NCBI GenBank assembly: GCA_020184695.1
Contig: JAANOX010000071.1
Span: 1 to 64,000, forward strand
From: Histomonas meleagridis 2922-C6/04-290x
Taxonomy: Eukaryota > Protista > Parabasalia
Reading direction: 5' to 3'
DNA: 64,000 bases
Shown: piece after piece, positions 28,201-39,091 of the stretch
Numbering within the stretch: position 1 is the stretch's first letter
Layout: every line of letters begins with the position of its first letter
The notes under the pieces: model-generated
What the model was told of the DNA's origin: nothing
Seen by the model: only the letters and a program-made list of their open reading frames with translations
The model's database searches: none
Position numbers and translations under genes: made by a program

Positions 28201-31200
28201 GTACATATTGTGTAAAACAATCTTTTTCATTTTTATATATTTCAGCAGCTTTTTCCCAATCGCCTAAATTAAATAACCAATCAGCTTTCTCTTTAATCGA
28301 TACAGTTGATTGAAAGTTTTGGAATAATCCACGTACAGTTGAAGTTTGCCCTAATGCGACATTTGTTTTTAATAATAATTTCGTAATATTCGAATCAATC
28401 TTATTATTTAATGATAATCTTTCAAGGAAAAACAAACTTAATTGATGAGATCTTGATAATTCTACAATTTTAAGTATATCGATATCAAATTCATGATTTG
28501 TTCTATCTAAAACTTCAATTAATGTTGCTAAAATTGGTGGTAATATTTCATATTCATGTAAAATCCGATTAAATATTGTTGTCAAATATTTTTTATCTTC
28601 TTCACAACATATATCCCAACAAGATATAAATGCATAAGGATATAATTGATATAAAAATAGAGGATTATATTCAAAGATATATTTACATGATGAAATTACT
28701 TCAGATGGAGAATTTATTATACAAACATAAAATAAATTCTCGAAAAAATGTGAAAGATTTTCTTTAGTAGGGAAATCTAAACTACTAAATATCTTAGAGT
28801 TAACTTCAGGCTTAACTAAACCCATTGTACTAAAGTTAAAATGTGGAGATTTAATAACTTTTGGATATTTTTTATATTCTAAATTATTTTGTACACATAA
28901 AATCTTTAGATGTGGTTCAGCAGATTCATCAAGTAATGAAATGAATTTAAACACTGCTTCTTCATTAATATGAATGAATTCAAATGAGAAAAATATTAAT
29001 CTTGAAGTTAACATTTCGGCAACCATATGATTTAAATATATAAAAGAAAACCCTTTCATTATATATCGTACATGTTGAGGAGAATATTCTTTTGACTTAA
29101 TTCGTAATGCATTGAAATATAATTCGAAATGTTGATTTTGATTAATTATCATATTAGTGATACAAATTAATAAATATTTAAAATATTTTATATCACAAGT
29201 AGGAGAAATACATTCCAATAAATAAGGATAAATACTTAATGAATATGTACTAAAAGCTTGGCTTAAAGAGAATGATAATGCGCCACAATATTTAATACAA
29301 CTTAATAAATTAATATTTTCAATTATCACTGGTGTAATTTGTTGTAGATATGGAATTATTTCGGATTTTGCTTTGATTGAAATGATTTCTAAATATTCAA
29401 ATAATTTATTTTGATAATTAGTTCGAGCTTTTTTAATAGTTTTAATAAATAAATTGATGATTTTATCTAAATATTTTAATGAAAGTTCAGTTTGATATTC
29501 AAATATCGTAGTTATCGATGTAAAAAATAATGGATAAACAACAGAGAAATGTATAAATATATTCGATAATACATAATCAATAATATATTTCTGATTAAAT
29601 AAATCAGTAGGTAAAGCATTTGGATTATTAGCTAATGCTTGTGTTTGACTCATATCTGTTTGATCAAAAGTTACTCCAATTAAAGCTATTAATTGAATAA
29701 CTATTTTTAAGTTTTGTGTTGTGTTTAATAATTTAATGAATTGTGTTCCTAATCGAATTTCTCTAAGTCTTGCAGGAAATGATGCATAAGCATTTTGTGC
29801 TATATATTGTATAGTGTCCATTATAGCAAATATGATTTCATCGCCATATTTTGGATCTAAATATTTCGCCATAACTTCACAAAATTGATGCGCTTTTGAA
29901 TAAAGAGCATCACCAATATGTGAAAGAGATTTAAACATATAAATAATTCGTTGATCAAAATATTTCGAGAAAACATTTTTAAATAATTTGGAATGCTTTG
30001 GTTCCGTTTTAGAAAATATTCGGAATTTTCGTGGATATTTATTTTGATATTGTGAAGGGAATCTTTGATATTTTAATATATGTAAAATTAAGTCACTTCC
30101 TTTATCAATATATTCAGGAGTCAAAATCTTTGGTATTTTTGTTATTTTATAAAACAAATATGATAATTTCGCAGAATGTTTTGGGTTTTGTACTGATAAA
30201 AGTGATTGGATTAATATCCTTTGTTGATCTCTAATAAAAGGCACATAATCTAAAGGATTTAATTCGATCAATTTATCAAATAATTGTATATATTTTACTC
30301 GAACTTTAAATGATACGTCATTAATACCTTGAAACATTTCTGTTTTTGATGCTAAATAAACACTCGGCTTTAATAACTTAATTGCTAATAATCGACAACA
30401 TTTAGATTCATCATATAAAAATGTTTCGACAAGAAAATCAATTGATTCTCGAAGATCAAAAGATGCTATAGTTTCGATGATTTGACATCGAATTGTTGGG
30501 TCTTCATAAAACGCAAAATTAATTACATTCGAAAACGCTTCTTTAATTGTCTTAAATATAACTAAAGGAAATTCTTTAATTAATATTAAGCAATTAATAA
30601 AATGGAATTTCGTGGAATTTTTATTAAAATTTTCACGAACATACGATTGAATCGTTTTAAGATATTGATTTAATAATGTCGGCCTTTTCTTAATACAATA
30701 TGTAAAGTCAGGACAACAAAATGGTTCTTTAATAGCTCTTAAATCAACTTCGAAATCAGGATTCACATCTAAGATAGCTCGAAGGATATAAAACTCACAA
30801 TATTCAGTACTTGCCATATTAACAGGCTTTTTATCAAAAAAAAATTCTTTTATTCGATTGAAATCTAATAATAAATGATGTCGTATTATTAAGTCATGAT
30901 AAATCTCCATAAGTTGGCGCGTTAATGACTTTGTCATAAGAATATTTAAAAATTCGGAAATTAATTCTTTTGTTGGTTCATATTTTTCCCAAATTTGAAA
31001 ACATAATTCAGCTGATTTATATAAAACCGTTTCAATTGAATTTTTGATTAATGTAATTAAACAGTTTATAATTTCATCTTTGTATGGTGAAAGATGGACA
31101 TATGAGCGTTTATATGAGGAGATAATTTCTATACCACAAAGGATTTTGTTTTGTTCGGATGAATTTAGATATTCAATCGAATGTTCAAGATAAAAATTTA

Positions 31201-31819
31201 TCGCATTTTTTGATTCTGGCATTTTAGGATGTTTAACATGAAAACGAATAAGTCTAAGTGCTATTTTTTGAAGATATAAACTGTTGTTTTTAGTCATTTC
31301 AAAAATTTGTTTGTATTTAAATAAGACAACTGATGAAACATATATAGTTTTTTGAAGTTTTAACATGCGATTAAGCGTTATTAATGCCATTGCTTTATGT
31401 GATGAAATGTTTTCGTTAAGCCAATCACTAACTTTTGGTGTGAAGGGTTTAAAAAATGATGATGCCCTTAATTGAGTCTTACACCAATATAATGTTTTGG
31501 TAAGAGACCTGAATCTTAATTCATCTTGAAAATGTTCAAGAAATTGAGGAAGCTTTTGATTTAAATATTTTTTTAAACCAACACTTCTTTGAAAATAAAA
31601 TATGACTGAAAAGTTTAGAAGCCATATTAAGCATTCGCTTATATTGGTATAGTCCATAGGTTGCTCTAATTGTTTTTCAATTTTTTCATAAAAATTTGAT
31701 AAATCTTTTTCCGAGTTTTCGAGAAGTTTTAATGTTAGACTTTGTATAAGAAAATTTCTTCGTTTCTTCCATTCCTTATATGTCCATATTTCATTGAAGT
31801 GAATATCTTCAACGAACAT
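25205..31819 (-). CDS. TOR: TOR-like PIKK kinase (HEAT-FAT-FRB-kinase-FATC), 2204 aa
   Basis: FLLKGNEDLRFDKRIMQ, GLGDRHPGNIMI, IHIDFGETFE, PEKVPFRLTRM and the FATC terminus YSGWCPFW. Confidence 0.9.
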   Translation of the reverse strand: MFVEDIHFNEIWTYKEWKKRRNFLIQSLTLKLLENSEKDLSNFYEKIEKQLEQPMDYTNISECLIWLLNFSVIFYFQRSVGLKKYLNQKLPQFLEHFQDELRFRSLTKTLYWCKTQLRASSFFKPFTPKVSDWLNENISSHKAMALITLNRMLKLQKTIYVSSVVLFKYKQIFEMTKNNSLYLQKIALRLIRFHVKHPKMPESKNAINFYLEHSIEYLNSSEQNKILCGIEIISSYKRSYVHLSPYKDEIINCLITLIKNSIETVLYKSAELCFQIWEKYEPTKELISEFLNILMTKSLTRQLMEIYHDLIIRHHLLLDFNRIKEFFFDKKPVNMASTEYCEFYILRAILDVNPDFEVDLRAIKEPFCCPDFTYCIKKRPTLLNQYLKTIQSYVRENFNKNSTKFHFINCLILIKEFPLVIFKTIKEAFSNVINFAFYEDPTIRCQIIETIASFDLRESIDFLVETFLYDESKCCRLLAIKLLKPSVYLASKTEMFQGINDVSFKVRVKYIQLFDKLIELNPLDYVPFIRDQQRILIQSLLSVQNPKHSAKLSYLFYKITKIPKILTPEYIDKGSDLILHILKYQRFPSQYQNKYPRKFRIFSKTEPKHSKLFKNVFSKYFDQRIIYMFKSLSHIGDALYSKAHQFCEVMAKYLDPKYGDEIIFAIMDTIQYIAQNAYASFPARLREIRLGTQFIKLLNTTQNLKIVIQLIALIGVTFDQTDMSQTQALANNPNALPTDLFNQKYIIDYVLSNIFIHFSVVYPLFFTSITTIFEYQTELSLKYLDKIINLFIKTIKKARTNYQNKLFEYLEIISIKAKSEIIPYLQQITPVIIENINLLSCIKYCGALSFSLSQAFSTYSLSIYPYLLECISPTCDIKYFKYLLICITNMIINQNQHFELYFNALRIKSKEYSPQHVRYIMKGFSFIYLNHMVAEMLTSRLIFFSFEFIHINEEAVFKFISLLDESAEPHLKILCVQNNLEYKKYPKVIKSPHFNFSTMGLVKPEVNSKIFSSLDFPTKENLSHFFENLFYVCIINSPSEVISSCKYIFEYNPLFLYQLYPYAFISCWDICCEEDKKYLTTIFNRILHEYEILPPILATLIEVLDRTNHEFDIDILKIVELSRSHQLSLFFLERLSLNNKIDSNITKLLLKTNVALGQTSTVRGLFQNFQSTVSIKEKADWLFNLGDWEKAAEIYKNEKDCFTQYVQCLRYSNKFDEIISYEKKFIEIPEEKRDDALYALAWAYFNNGDFDKLEIIVKHFEKNISLLKSYIITVFYLATKDLTKAAESTKKMFELLAYDIESFLTGNQNIPQTLLNIAQIIIEFNEVIECLNSDNFQESQQHLLKIWSHRVQGFTRNLFGWNSLLYLHNIILPIESNQGYYLKLFNQIRKEKQFSLIYNHLAPLFSYLNNENMTIARNKLSWDMGNKKEALKNTFFAVSLLDRSKKGFEKYILKKDLNFREAFFKLILNQEYSYPDILNYFDEHFQTHNYDEFIKKTSNYNDDQLSNLLIDMMNKTGDHMFNAFIKIHEMYPPTDQFKVHIYNLYAKFLSKLKSNSLKSLKKAEKYLLKSLEIDSKHYQTYKKLGLVYSKIADLDIKNQQQYILYSIREYYSTICLHQEDGIECICLISSLMDNLESVDEEFIKNFDIPDNLLIKVLPQVWKQLGHNDPNVRSVIFSIISRFGLKHYQSLIYDLHLYSNIDDQIKSDLCKSLSKKMELEYPNIAEDGNLFIDGMVRCSITILEQWIKTIESSMKISPKDHIKALKILREQFNRTFDPQCSFDHMFNNVYGKQINQCYEFMERGDFKSMWNSLKILLRILKEKEDHLCTIIVTTISEQLSEKRNFSIAVPGKYKLEGEFPLIKRIQPTMDVLDTQQHPREVVMMSSEGEKIKFLLKGNEDLRFDKRIMQFFSLANHILRKSLETKALSAFITRYSVIPMTIESGLITWVTGADTLHQIILDHRKLRNVPISLENDIVQSYVKNCFQFMNGLQRYEMFEIVSEQCKAHELFEFFWIKSPNAAEWFNRRERFTVSTSIMSMIGNLIGLGDRHPGNIMIHRETGKVIHIDFGETFESANVRTTFPEKVPFRLTRMIVNALTGCLVNGYFSEVSENVMTVLRDNDDMISAQLSLFLCDPSYQGDKDEITITRDKNLLNRIKCKLYGKEWGDNSLTLEEVPVKEHVANLIDKAKDPMNYVKHYSGWCPFW

Positions 31820-31847
31820 TTGGGAAAAGTGTCAATTCACGAAAAAA

Positions 31848-32702
31848 ATGGAATTTCCGTCGACACCTGATAAATTCTTTGAATCAGAATTAGGTACTAC
31901 ACACTATCGTTTTTTTGAAGTAGATGACGCTCCAATTATTTGTGTTTTGCCTGGCATTTCAATTCCATCAGCTGCATATTGCACATTTGCTAAATGTATT
32001 ACCAAAAACGGATTTTCCGTTTTGATTCCTGATTACTTTGGAAGAGGATTTAGTACCCCTTCACTTAATTTTAATTATTCCTTACCAGCATACATTAACC
32101 AAATCTTAGGTTTAATTAAGCATCTCAAAATTGAAAAATGTATTTTGGTTTCATTTTCCTTTGGAGCCCTCATTGCAGCAAATATTGTGGCTCAAGAGCC
32201 ATCTTTAATTTCAAGACTTGTATTCATATCTCCATTCCATTTCATTAAACAAGCTACTCGACCTTTCCAAGGGTTTGTGTTATCAAGTTATCTCGGACAA
32301 TTTTTACTAAAGTTTGTTGCACATCAATTTATCGCAGCAAATCTTGCAACACAATTCTCTGACCTTAAAAAACATGAAGATGCTTACTGGCCAACTGTTG
32401 GGTGTTGTCTTCAGCAGCTTAAAAACAATAGTTTTTATTGCAAATCGATTTCACAATTTATTCGTAACTTCAACGAAAACTCAATTTCCGATGAAATGCA
32501 AAAGGTAACTCAAATGAGTGTTCGTACGCTTGTATTTCTAGGCGATAAGGATAATATTATCGATATCAAAGAATCCGAAAAATGGTGGAAATATTGGATA
32601 CCAAACGTAAAGGTCGCTGTGCGCGAAAGTGTCGGACACTTAATGTTCTTGGAAGAGCCTGATGAAGTTGCTGAGCTAGTGAAATTATTTTTACACAAAT
32701 AG
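31848..32702 (+). CDS. Alpha/beta-hydrolase
   Basis: VLPGISIP oxyanion region, PDYFGRGFS, VSFSFG nucleophile elbow, GDKDNII and GHLMFLEEP. Confidence 0.85.
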   Translation: MEFPSTPDKFFESELGTTHYRFFEVDDAPIICVLPGISIPSAAYCTFAKCITKNGFSVLIPDYFGRGFSTPSLNFNYSLPAYINQILGLIKHLKIEKCILVSFSFGALIAANIVAQEPSLISRLVFISPFHFIKQATRPFQGFVLSSYLGQFLLKFVAHQFIAANLATQFSDLKKHEDAYWPTVGCCLQQLKNNSFYCKSISQFIRNFNENSISDEMQKVTQMSVRTLVFLGDKDNIIDIKESEKWWKYWIPNVKVAVRESVGHLMFLEEPDEVAELVKLFLHK

Positions 32703-33177
32703 AAAATCACATCCTTTTTATGTTTGATTAAAAAACATTTCATCTTTTTTTGTTTAATTAATTCCAAATTATCATGTGTTTCCAAGCCTTTCAATTATAT
32801 GTTATTGATGTTTTTATCAAAATAAGAATTATCAATTGATTTGATCCCTAAAATTTTTTGGTATTATTATCATAACCTACCAAATTCTAGCAATGCTAGA
32901 AGACTTTATGTGAGTTTTTATTTTGAAGTTGAATGATTTTACGTTTCATGTATATATAATATTAACAAAAACAATTGAAATTCCTTAAAAATATATTTAG
33001 TGGGTGCAATACTTTCTCGTGACAATGAATTCATTTAATTTGGAATCAAACTTTGTAATATTTCTCCTTCTCTTCTTAAAAAAAATTTTGATAGACCACA
33101 CAGAATAATTGAATGATATGTTAACCAACTTTTTCTGAGCATTTTTTTCTTTCTCTAAAACTTCAAGGAAATTTCCC

Positions 33178-34299
33178 ATGAGAACGGGAACAATTGTAGG
33201 TCGTTTTTGTCTTGGCCCACAGATAGGTCAAGGTGCCTTTGGGAAAATATTTGCTGCACGTGATACTGAAACCGGTTTACTTTATGCAATTAAAAATGAG
33301 TCAGCCACAGCAGAACGAAGAACATTAATATTTGAAACGAAAATTCTTCGCAGAATACAATCCAGCCCATACTTTCCACGATTTTTTGATTCTGGCCAAT
33401 ATAATTCCTTTGACTGGATTGCCATGGAACTAGTTGGTCCATCAATTTCTGCTGTTATCAAGCACACAGTATTACACAAACTTTCAATTTCCACAGTTAT
33501 TCGTGCAAGTATTCATGCACTTCGCGGTATACAATCTTTACATGAACTCGGTTTTATTCATCGTGACATCAAACCAGCCAACATGTTAATCCGTTTATCC
33601 AAATATCCCAACCAACCACCTATTTGTCTTATCGACTTTGGGCTTGTCCGAATATATCGTGATCAAAAAACCGGCCAACACATAAAACCACGTCCACGTA
33701 CAGGTTTTCGAGGTACTAAAACGTATGCTAGTCTTAATGCACATGCAGGTAACGATCTTTCACGACGTGATGATTTAATTTCATGGTTTTATTTTGTTTT
33801 AGATGCATTACTAGGCGATTTACCATGGAAAGGTAATGAGGACAACACCGACATTGCCATGCTCAAAAGCAAATACGATGTCAAAGCTGCCGTTGAAGAT
33901 GTTGCTCCGCAGTTATTTGACATTTGGCAACACATCACATCACTTAACTTTGAAGATGATCCGAACTATCAATTTATACTTCAAAAGCTCAATGAAATAA
34001 TGAGTGATAACCATATTATTGATGATGACAAATACGATTGGGACGAATATATGAGTCAATATCGAAGACAACTTACAAATGAGTTCGGAGTCGCATTAAG
34101 AATCGACGGCGGAGCTGACATACAGCCATATTATACAGAGTTGGGCGTGCCGCCAACAATAATGAAAGAAATGTCGGATAAGAAAAGAATGTATCAGCCA
34201 TTGTTACAAGCAAATGTGCCAAAATACCATGGAAAGAACTATAGCATAATGCAATACAGTGAGCTAAATGAGAAAGACGACAAATGTGGATGCTGCTGA
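33178..34299 (+). CDS. CK1-family (CK1/TTBK-like) protein kinase with C-terminal CGCC lipidation-type motif
   Basis: IGQGAFG, AIKNE, HRDIKPANM, IDFGL, GTKTYAS and SRRDDLISW; ends KCGCC. Confidence 0.92.
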   Translation: MRTGTIVGRFCLGPQIGQGAFGKIFAARDTETGLLYAIKNESATAERRTLIFETKILRRIQSSPYFPRFFDSGQYNSFDWIAMELVGPSISAVIKHTVLHKLSISTVIRASIHALRGIQSLHELGFIHRDIKPANMLIRLSKYPNQPPICLIDFGLVRIYRDQKTGQHIKPRPRTGFRGTKTYASLNAHAGNDLSRRDDLISWFYFVLDALLGDLPWKGNEDNTDIAMLKSKYDVKAAVEDVAPQLFDIWQHITSLNFEDDPNYQFILQKLNEIMSDNHIIDDDKYDWDEYMSQYRRQLTNEFGVALRIDGGADIQPYYTELGVPPTIMKEMSDKKRMYQPLLQANVPKYHGKNYSIMQYSELNEKDDKCGCC

Positions 34300-34850
34300 A
34301 TGATAGATTTTGAATTTGAATAAAAATTATATGTTGATAAACAGAAATATTTTTAGTTGCGAGAAAATATATCATTGGAATTAAATGAATAAAAATATAT
34401 GTTTCTTAAACAAAGAAGTGAATTTACATTACGAAATACTTCGATTTCTTCCTTGACACCAAAACCACATTGATAACAACAACACAAGCTTCATAAGTTC
34501 ACAAGTGGAAAGCATATTTTGACCAATTAGATGACATGAAATTATAATTCGCGAATTAAATGCAGTAAACCTTTTTACATTCTTGAGATATAATATTATA
34601 TATTATATATTTTCATCCACTTATAAAAATAATATTATAATTCTTTGCTGAACAATAATAAGATTCTGAAATTATTATTTGTAATTTCAGTAACGATTCT
34701 CAAAAATCAAATCATTCTCGAGAAGTCATTATTTTTATGTAAATTCGCTTATAAAAAGAACTTATAACACTTTGCTGAACAATAATATGTTAATGAAATT
34801 TTTACATAAGATTTAAATTAAAATTTTTCGGGCTCAAAAGTTGTTTACTT

Positions 34851-36104
34851 TCATTGGAATGCGTTGAATTCCTTCTTCCTTTTCGTAATCACAACAATGA
34901 CAACGACCACAACAATCACTACGACTGCAGCCGGGATAGTTATTGCCAGTATCAACTTCGTCTTATCTGAATTTGACTTTTCCGGGTCTTCTGGTTCTGG
35001 TTCTGGTTCCGGCTTTTTCTCTCCGTCGACTGTAACTTGGATTCCTCCGAATGTTTTTCCTTCATACTCTTTTCCAACATAAACAGTTGAAGCAGGAACA
35101 CCCGAAAACGGATCTTCGCCAAACTTCGGCTCCTTGACGCCATTGTATCGAATATATTTGAGGTCACTGCAATCCAAAAACGCTTGTCTTTCAATAGCGT
35201 TCACATTTTTGCCAATGGTAATTGAAGCCAATCCCGAATTATGGAACGCATATTCTTTAAATGTAGTAACTGTGTCTGGCACTGTTAAGTTCTTCAAGTT
35301 ATAACATCCAGAAAAAGCTTCGACTCCAATTGTATCGACTTTTTCGCCAAAAACAATTGAACTCAAAAGTTTACATTCTTGGAAAACGTGATCTGCAACT
35401 AATGTAACCAAGTTTGGTATAGTAATCTCTTTTAACCTGACGCATGAACAAAAAGAATACGAACCAATGGATGTGACTGTGTTTGGGATCTGAATGTTCA
35501 CTAATACCTCGCAACTATGAAAGACGTCATGTGGTAATTCTTTGAGATCAATTCCTTCTTCAAAAATTACTGTTTCCATTTTGTCGCAATTTTGAAACGC
35601 ATACCATCCAATGGTTTTAACACTTTTAGGAATTGTAAATGTTTTCAACCCGCATCCTTGAAATGTTTGATTGGCAATCACTTCGGTGTTTTTCCCAATT
35701 TGGAGGTTTTGCAATTTGGAACAAAAATAAAAAATTCTGGGACTAAGATAAGTAACAGTATCAGGAATATTAATTTGGGCTAATGAATTGCATGATTCAA
35801 AAGCTGAATATCCCATTGATTTTAAATTTTTCCCAATGCTAACAGATACTAATTCATAACAATCATTAAATGCAGATTGTTCAATCGTTAAAACATCATC
35901 ACTAATGCTGACGTTTTTTAGATGAGGCCATTGGTAAAATGATTTTTCACCAATTATTTCAACACCTTTCGAAATAATAAGGCAATCAGTGGTTTCTTTA
36001 TGGGAATTATATTGACCTTCAACAATTTTCTGATTATCCGAAATCGTGAGGGTTTCTGATCGAGCATTGAATGCAAGTAGAAAGACGAACAAGCTGAGGG
36101 TCAT
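34851..36104 (-). CDS. BspA-like LRR_5 surface protein with TM and short tail
   Basis: Signal peptide, many TIxxxAFxxCxxLxxIxIP repeats, KKPEPEPEPE linker, TM and KRKKEFNAFQ. Confidence 0.92.
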   Translation of the reverse strand: MTLSLFVFLLAFNARSETLTISDNQKIVEGQYNSHKETTDCLIISKGVEIIGEKSFYQWPHLKNVSISDDVLTIEQSAFNDCYELVSVSIGKNLKSMGYSAFESCNSLAQINIPDTVTYLSPRIFYFCSKLQNLQIGKNTEVIANQTFQGCGLKTFTIPKSVKTIGWYAFQNCDKMETVIFEEGIDLKELPHDVFHSCEVLVNIQIPNTVTSIGSYSFCSCVRLKEITIPNLVTLVADHVFQECKLLSSIVFGEKVDTIGVEAFSGCYNLKNLTVPDTVTTFKEYAFHNSGLASITIGKNVNAIERQAFLDCSDLKYIRYNGVKEPKFGEDPFSGVPASTVYVGKEYEGKTFGGIQVTVDGEKKPEPEPEPEDPEKSNSDKTKLILAITIPAAVVVIVVVVVIVVITKRKKEFNAFQ

Positions 36105-36600
36105 TTTTGTTTCCCAACAAACCCCCGTTCAAAATTTGAATGCAACTGAAACAATTGTCAACTGACAGCTAAGTCTTAACAAAACAAAAAAATTGAACAG
36201 AAAACACATTTCATTTAAAACAATAATATCTCTAAAAGTAAACTACAAACATAAAAACAAAGCTTAAATGTCCTTCGCATCGAGAATTATTTTATATTAT
36301 ATTGTCAAATAGCTGATTAAAATATACGTTTAAACATAATATAAAATTTTTTTTTCAATTGCTGATTTTAGAACACATCACAACTCCAAAGAAATAATAA
36401 ACGCATATTAACGTTATTTATTTTACTCAATATTTGTGATAAAATGTTGTAATTGATAAAATTTCATCTTATCGTTTCCAAGGCAGTTATTGGAGCATTC
36501 CATTAATCATCACTGTGATGTGCATCTTGGGGAAAATGAAAAGTGACAGCTTCACCTTGGGTACAATTGTCACTTTTCTTGTCGCACCATTTTTTTATTG

Positions 36601-38124
36601 ATGGAACTTTCAAAATCATTAGAATCAATCATCTTTAATCTCAACGAAAAAAATTTCGAAACATCAGTTCAGGCAACAATTAGTTTATTTGTAGATAGGC
36701 TACCATATACATTTAACTATCTTGTTTCTAGACTTATCTATTCAGCTTTTGTATCTCAATCAAAAAATGAAAATATATATATTAAATATTTATTAACTTT
36801 AAAAGGAAAAGAAGATGAAAAAAATAAAAACAAAAGTGAAACTGAAGCTAATCTTGTTCAAATCTTTTGTGAATATTTACTGAAAATAGAAAAGCAAGAA
36901 TCATATTTCCCTCTTGAAAAGATGATAGAAGAAAAAATACTTGAACCATCTTCAGTGATGAACATGAACACATTTTATTTTTCTCAATATAAAACAAAAG
37001 AAGAAATATACAAATTAAGGACCAAATTTCTAAGACCACAATTCCTTGAAGAATTCACCTCAGCACTTGATGAATTATCAAAAGATGATTGGAAACGTCA
37101 TATGCAATATGTAAAAGAAGGAGTTAATCCATTAGAAATTGCGAAAGTACTTCGAAATGATGATTTAGAAAAGCTTCAAGAAATATCATCACATAATAAA
37201 TTTGACTTTAATCAAATAATTGAGCCATCACTTTATGAAAGATGTTCATTTATTAATACTAAAAATGTTTCATTAATTGATTATTGTGCATTTTTTGGTT
37301 CGATTAAATGTTTTAAATATTTGTTATTAAATAATTCGAATATCAAAAATACATCTAAATATGCAATTGCAGGTGGAAACTTAGAAATTATTCATTTATG
37401 TGAACAAAATAATTCATCATTTGAAGGTGCATATGAAACAGCAATTATGTTTCATCAAAATGATATCTTTAAATATATTTATGATAACAGCGATCGAATT
37501 TCATCGAAATGATATTTTTCGTTATCTTTATGAAAATAAAATTGGAAAAATTTCCAATGACGGAAAAAATTCATCTTCAATGTTTTCTTTCCAAAATTCA
37601 TCTTCATTATTTTCTTTTACGAAATCGGATTCCAATATCGAAAATCAAGATAAATGTAATTTAAGTGAAGAAAACCTAATATATCTTGGAAAAAAATGTA
37701 TAGAATTTGATAATTATGAAATCTTCATGTTTTTAGATATAGAAGGAATGAAAATGAATAATGAAATTATAAAAGAAATAGCATCAAAAGGAAATACATT
37801 CATAATAGAAAGTGACATAGAAAGTCAGCAAATTCCAAATACAATTTTACCATATTCAGTTAAATCAGGAAATATGGAAATAGTAAAATTACTTTTAGAT
37901 AAAGAAGGAATTGATGTTAATGCAAAAAATATTCATTTTAATAATTTAGAATATGTATTAATAATTTGGAATATGTTTTAATAATTTGGAATATGTTTTA
38001 ATAATTTGAAACAGCACTTCATATAGCAGTTAAAAATAATTATATAGAAATAGTAAAATTACTTTGGATAAAGGAATTGATGTTAATGCAAAATGTATTC
38101 ATAAAAACTGTTTATCTTTTTAAG
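36601..38124 (+). pseudogene. DUF3447-type ankyrin gene disrupted by a 49-nt internal duplication; one 74-nt insert
   Basis: ORFs 36598-37512 and 37400-37981 are out of frame across the duplicated TAIxFHxNDIFxY segment. Insert 37929-38002, then TALHIAVKNNYIEIVKLL with a 1-nt deletion in a T run. Confidence 0.7.
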
Positions 38125-38785
38125 ATTTTAGCAAAATTAAAACATCTCTTAATTGAAAGTTGATGATACTCCAAAATAGGTGTATATTTATATTATTTTT
38201 ATATGAAAAATCTTTATTTTTCCATAACTATTGAGTTGAGAATCAATGAGTATTCTGAGAAGAAGATTTTTTAAACGTGCAATGTACCATTCAAAACATA
38301 TAAATACAGAAAAATAAAAATTAAAATATATTTTTCCATCGATGCAATATAATTACTTTAAAAACTAATTAAATTCTTTTTTAATGTTTAAATTTATATT
38401 TTATATATTATTTTATTCATTTTATTTACTATCAATTTTTATTTTTACTTTTTATTTATTAAACTTTTTTTTTATTCATTTTTTTTTTCATTCTCTGAAC
38501 AGTCGCTTTGTATTAATGTGTTATAAATGATAAAAAATTGTAATAATTACTCTAATTCCTTTCTCGAATGAAAGGCTTTATAATAATATTTTTAATATCA
38601 AAAAGAATATAAAAAATAATCATTTTTCAGAATATTTTTGATGCATCATATTCGATTGATAGTGAGATATTTGAATTTGTGCGAACTTTTCTTGTATCGT
38701 GGAGGTTATATGGTAAAATTACCCTTTCGTTTTCGGTTTGTTCATTTCCGTTACCGGTTAAGAACACACAAAAACGATCAGTATA

Positions 38786-38806
38786 TAACCGCCATTATGG
38801 CGGTTA
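38786..38806. promoter_or_regulatory. Perfect palindrome TAACCGCCAT-T-ATGGCGGTTA in a GC-richer intergenic patch
   Basis: 10-bp arms with a 1-nt centre, surrounded by CCGTT/CGGTT motifs. Confidence 0.4.
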
Positions 38807-39091
38807 AAAATCAAACCGACGTTTTTTCGTTCGAACAAAATCAAAATGTAAATATCTTTTAATTCAACACTAAACATAAGATAATATTAGAGATTCATGC
38901 TTACATCTATTTATTGATATTGGTATTTAATTTTGATATATGTCTGTAGAAATTCATACTTTTTCGCCATCTCATTCAAGTGACTCCAAAACAAGCCATA
39001 AATGTTTATTGACAGCGAATTCTTTTTCTTCAGCAAACAAAGCATTCTAAAAACCGAATAATTTCAAAGCGTTTTTTAATATTCAACTTAC

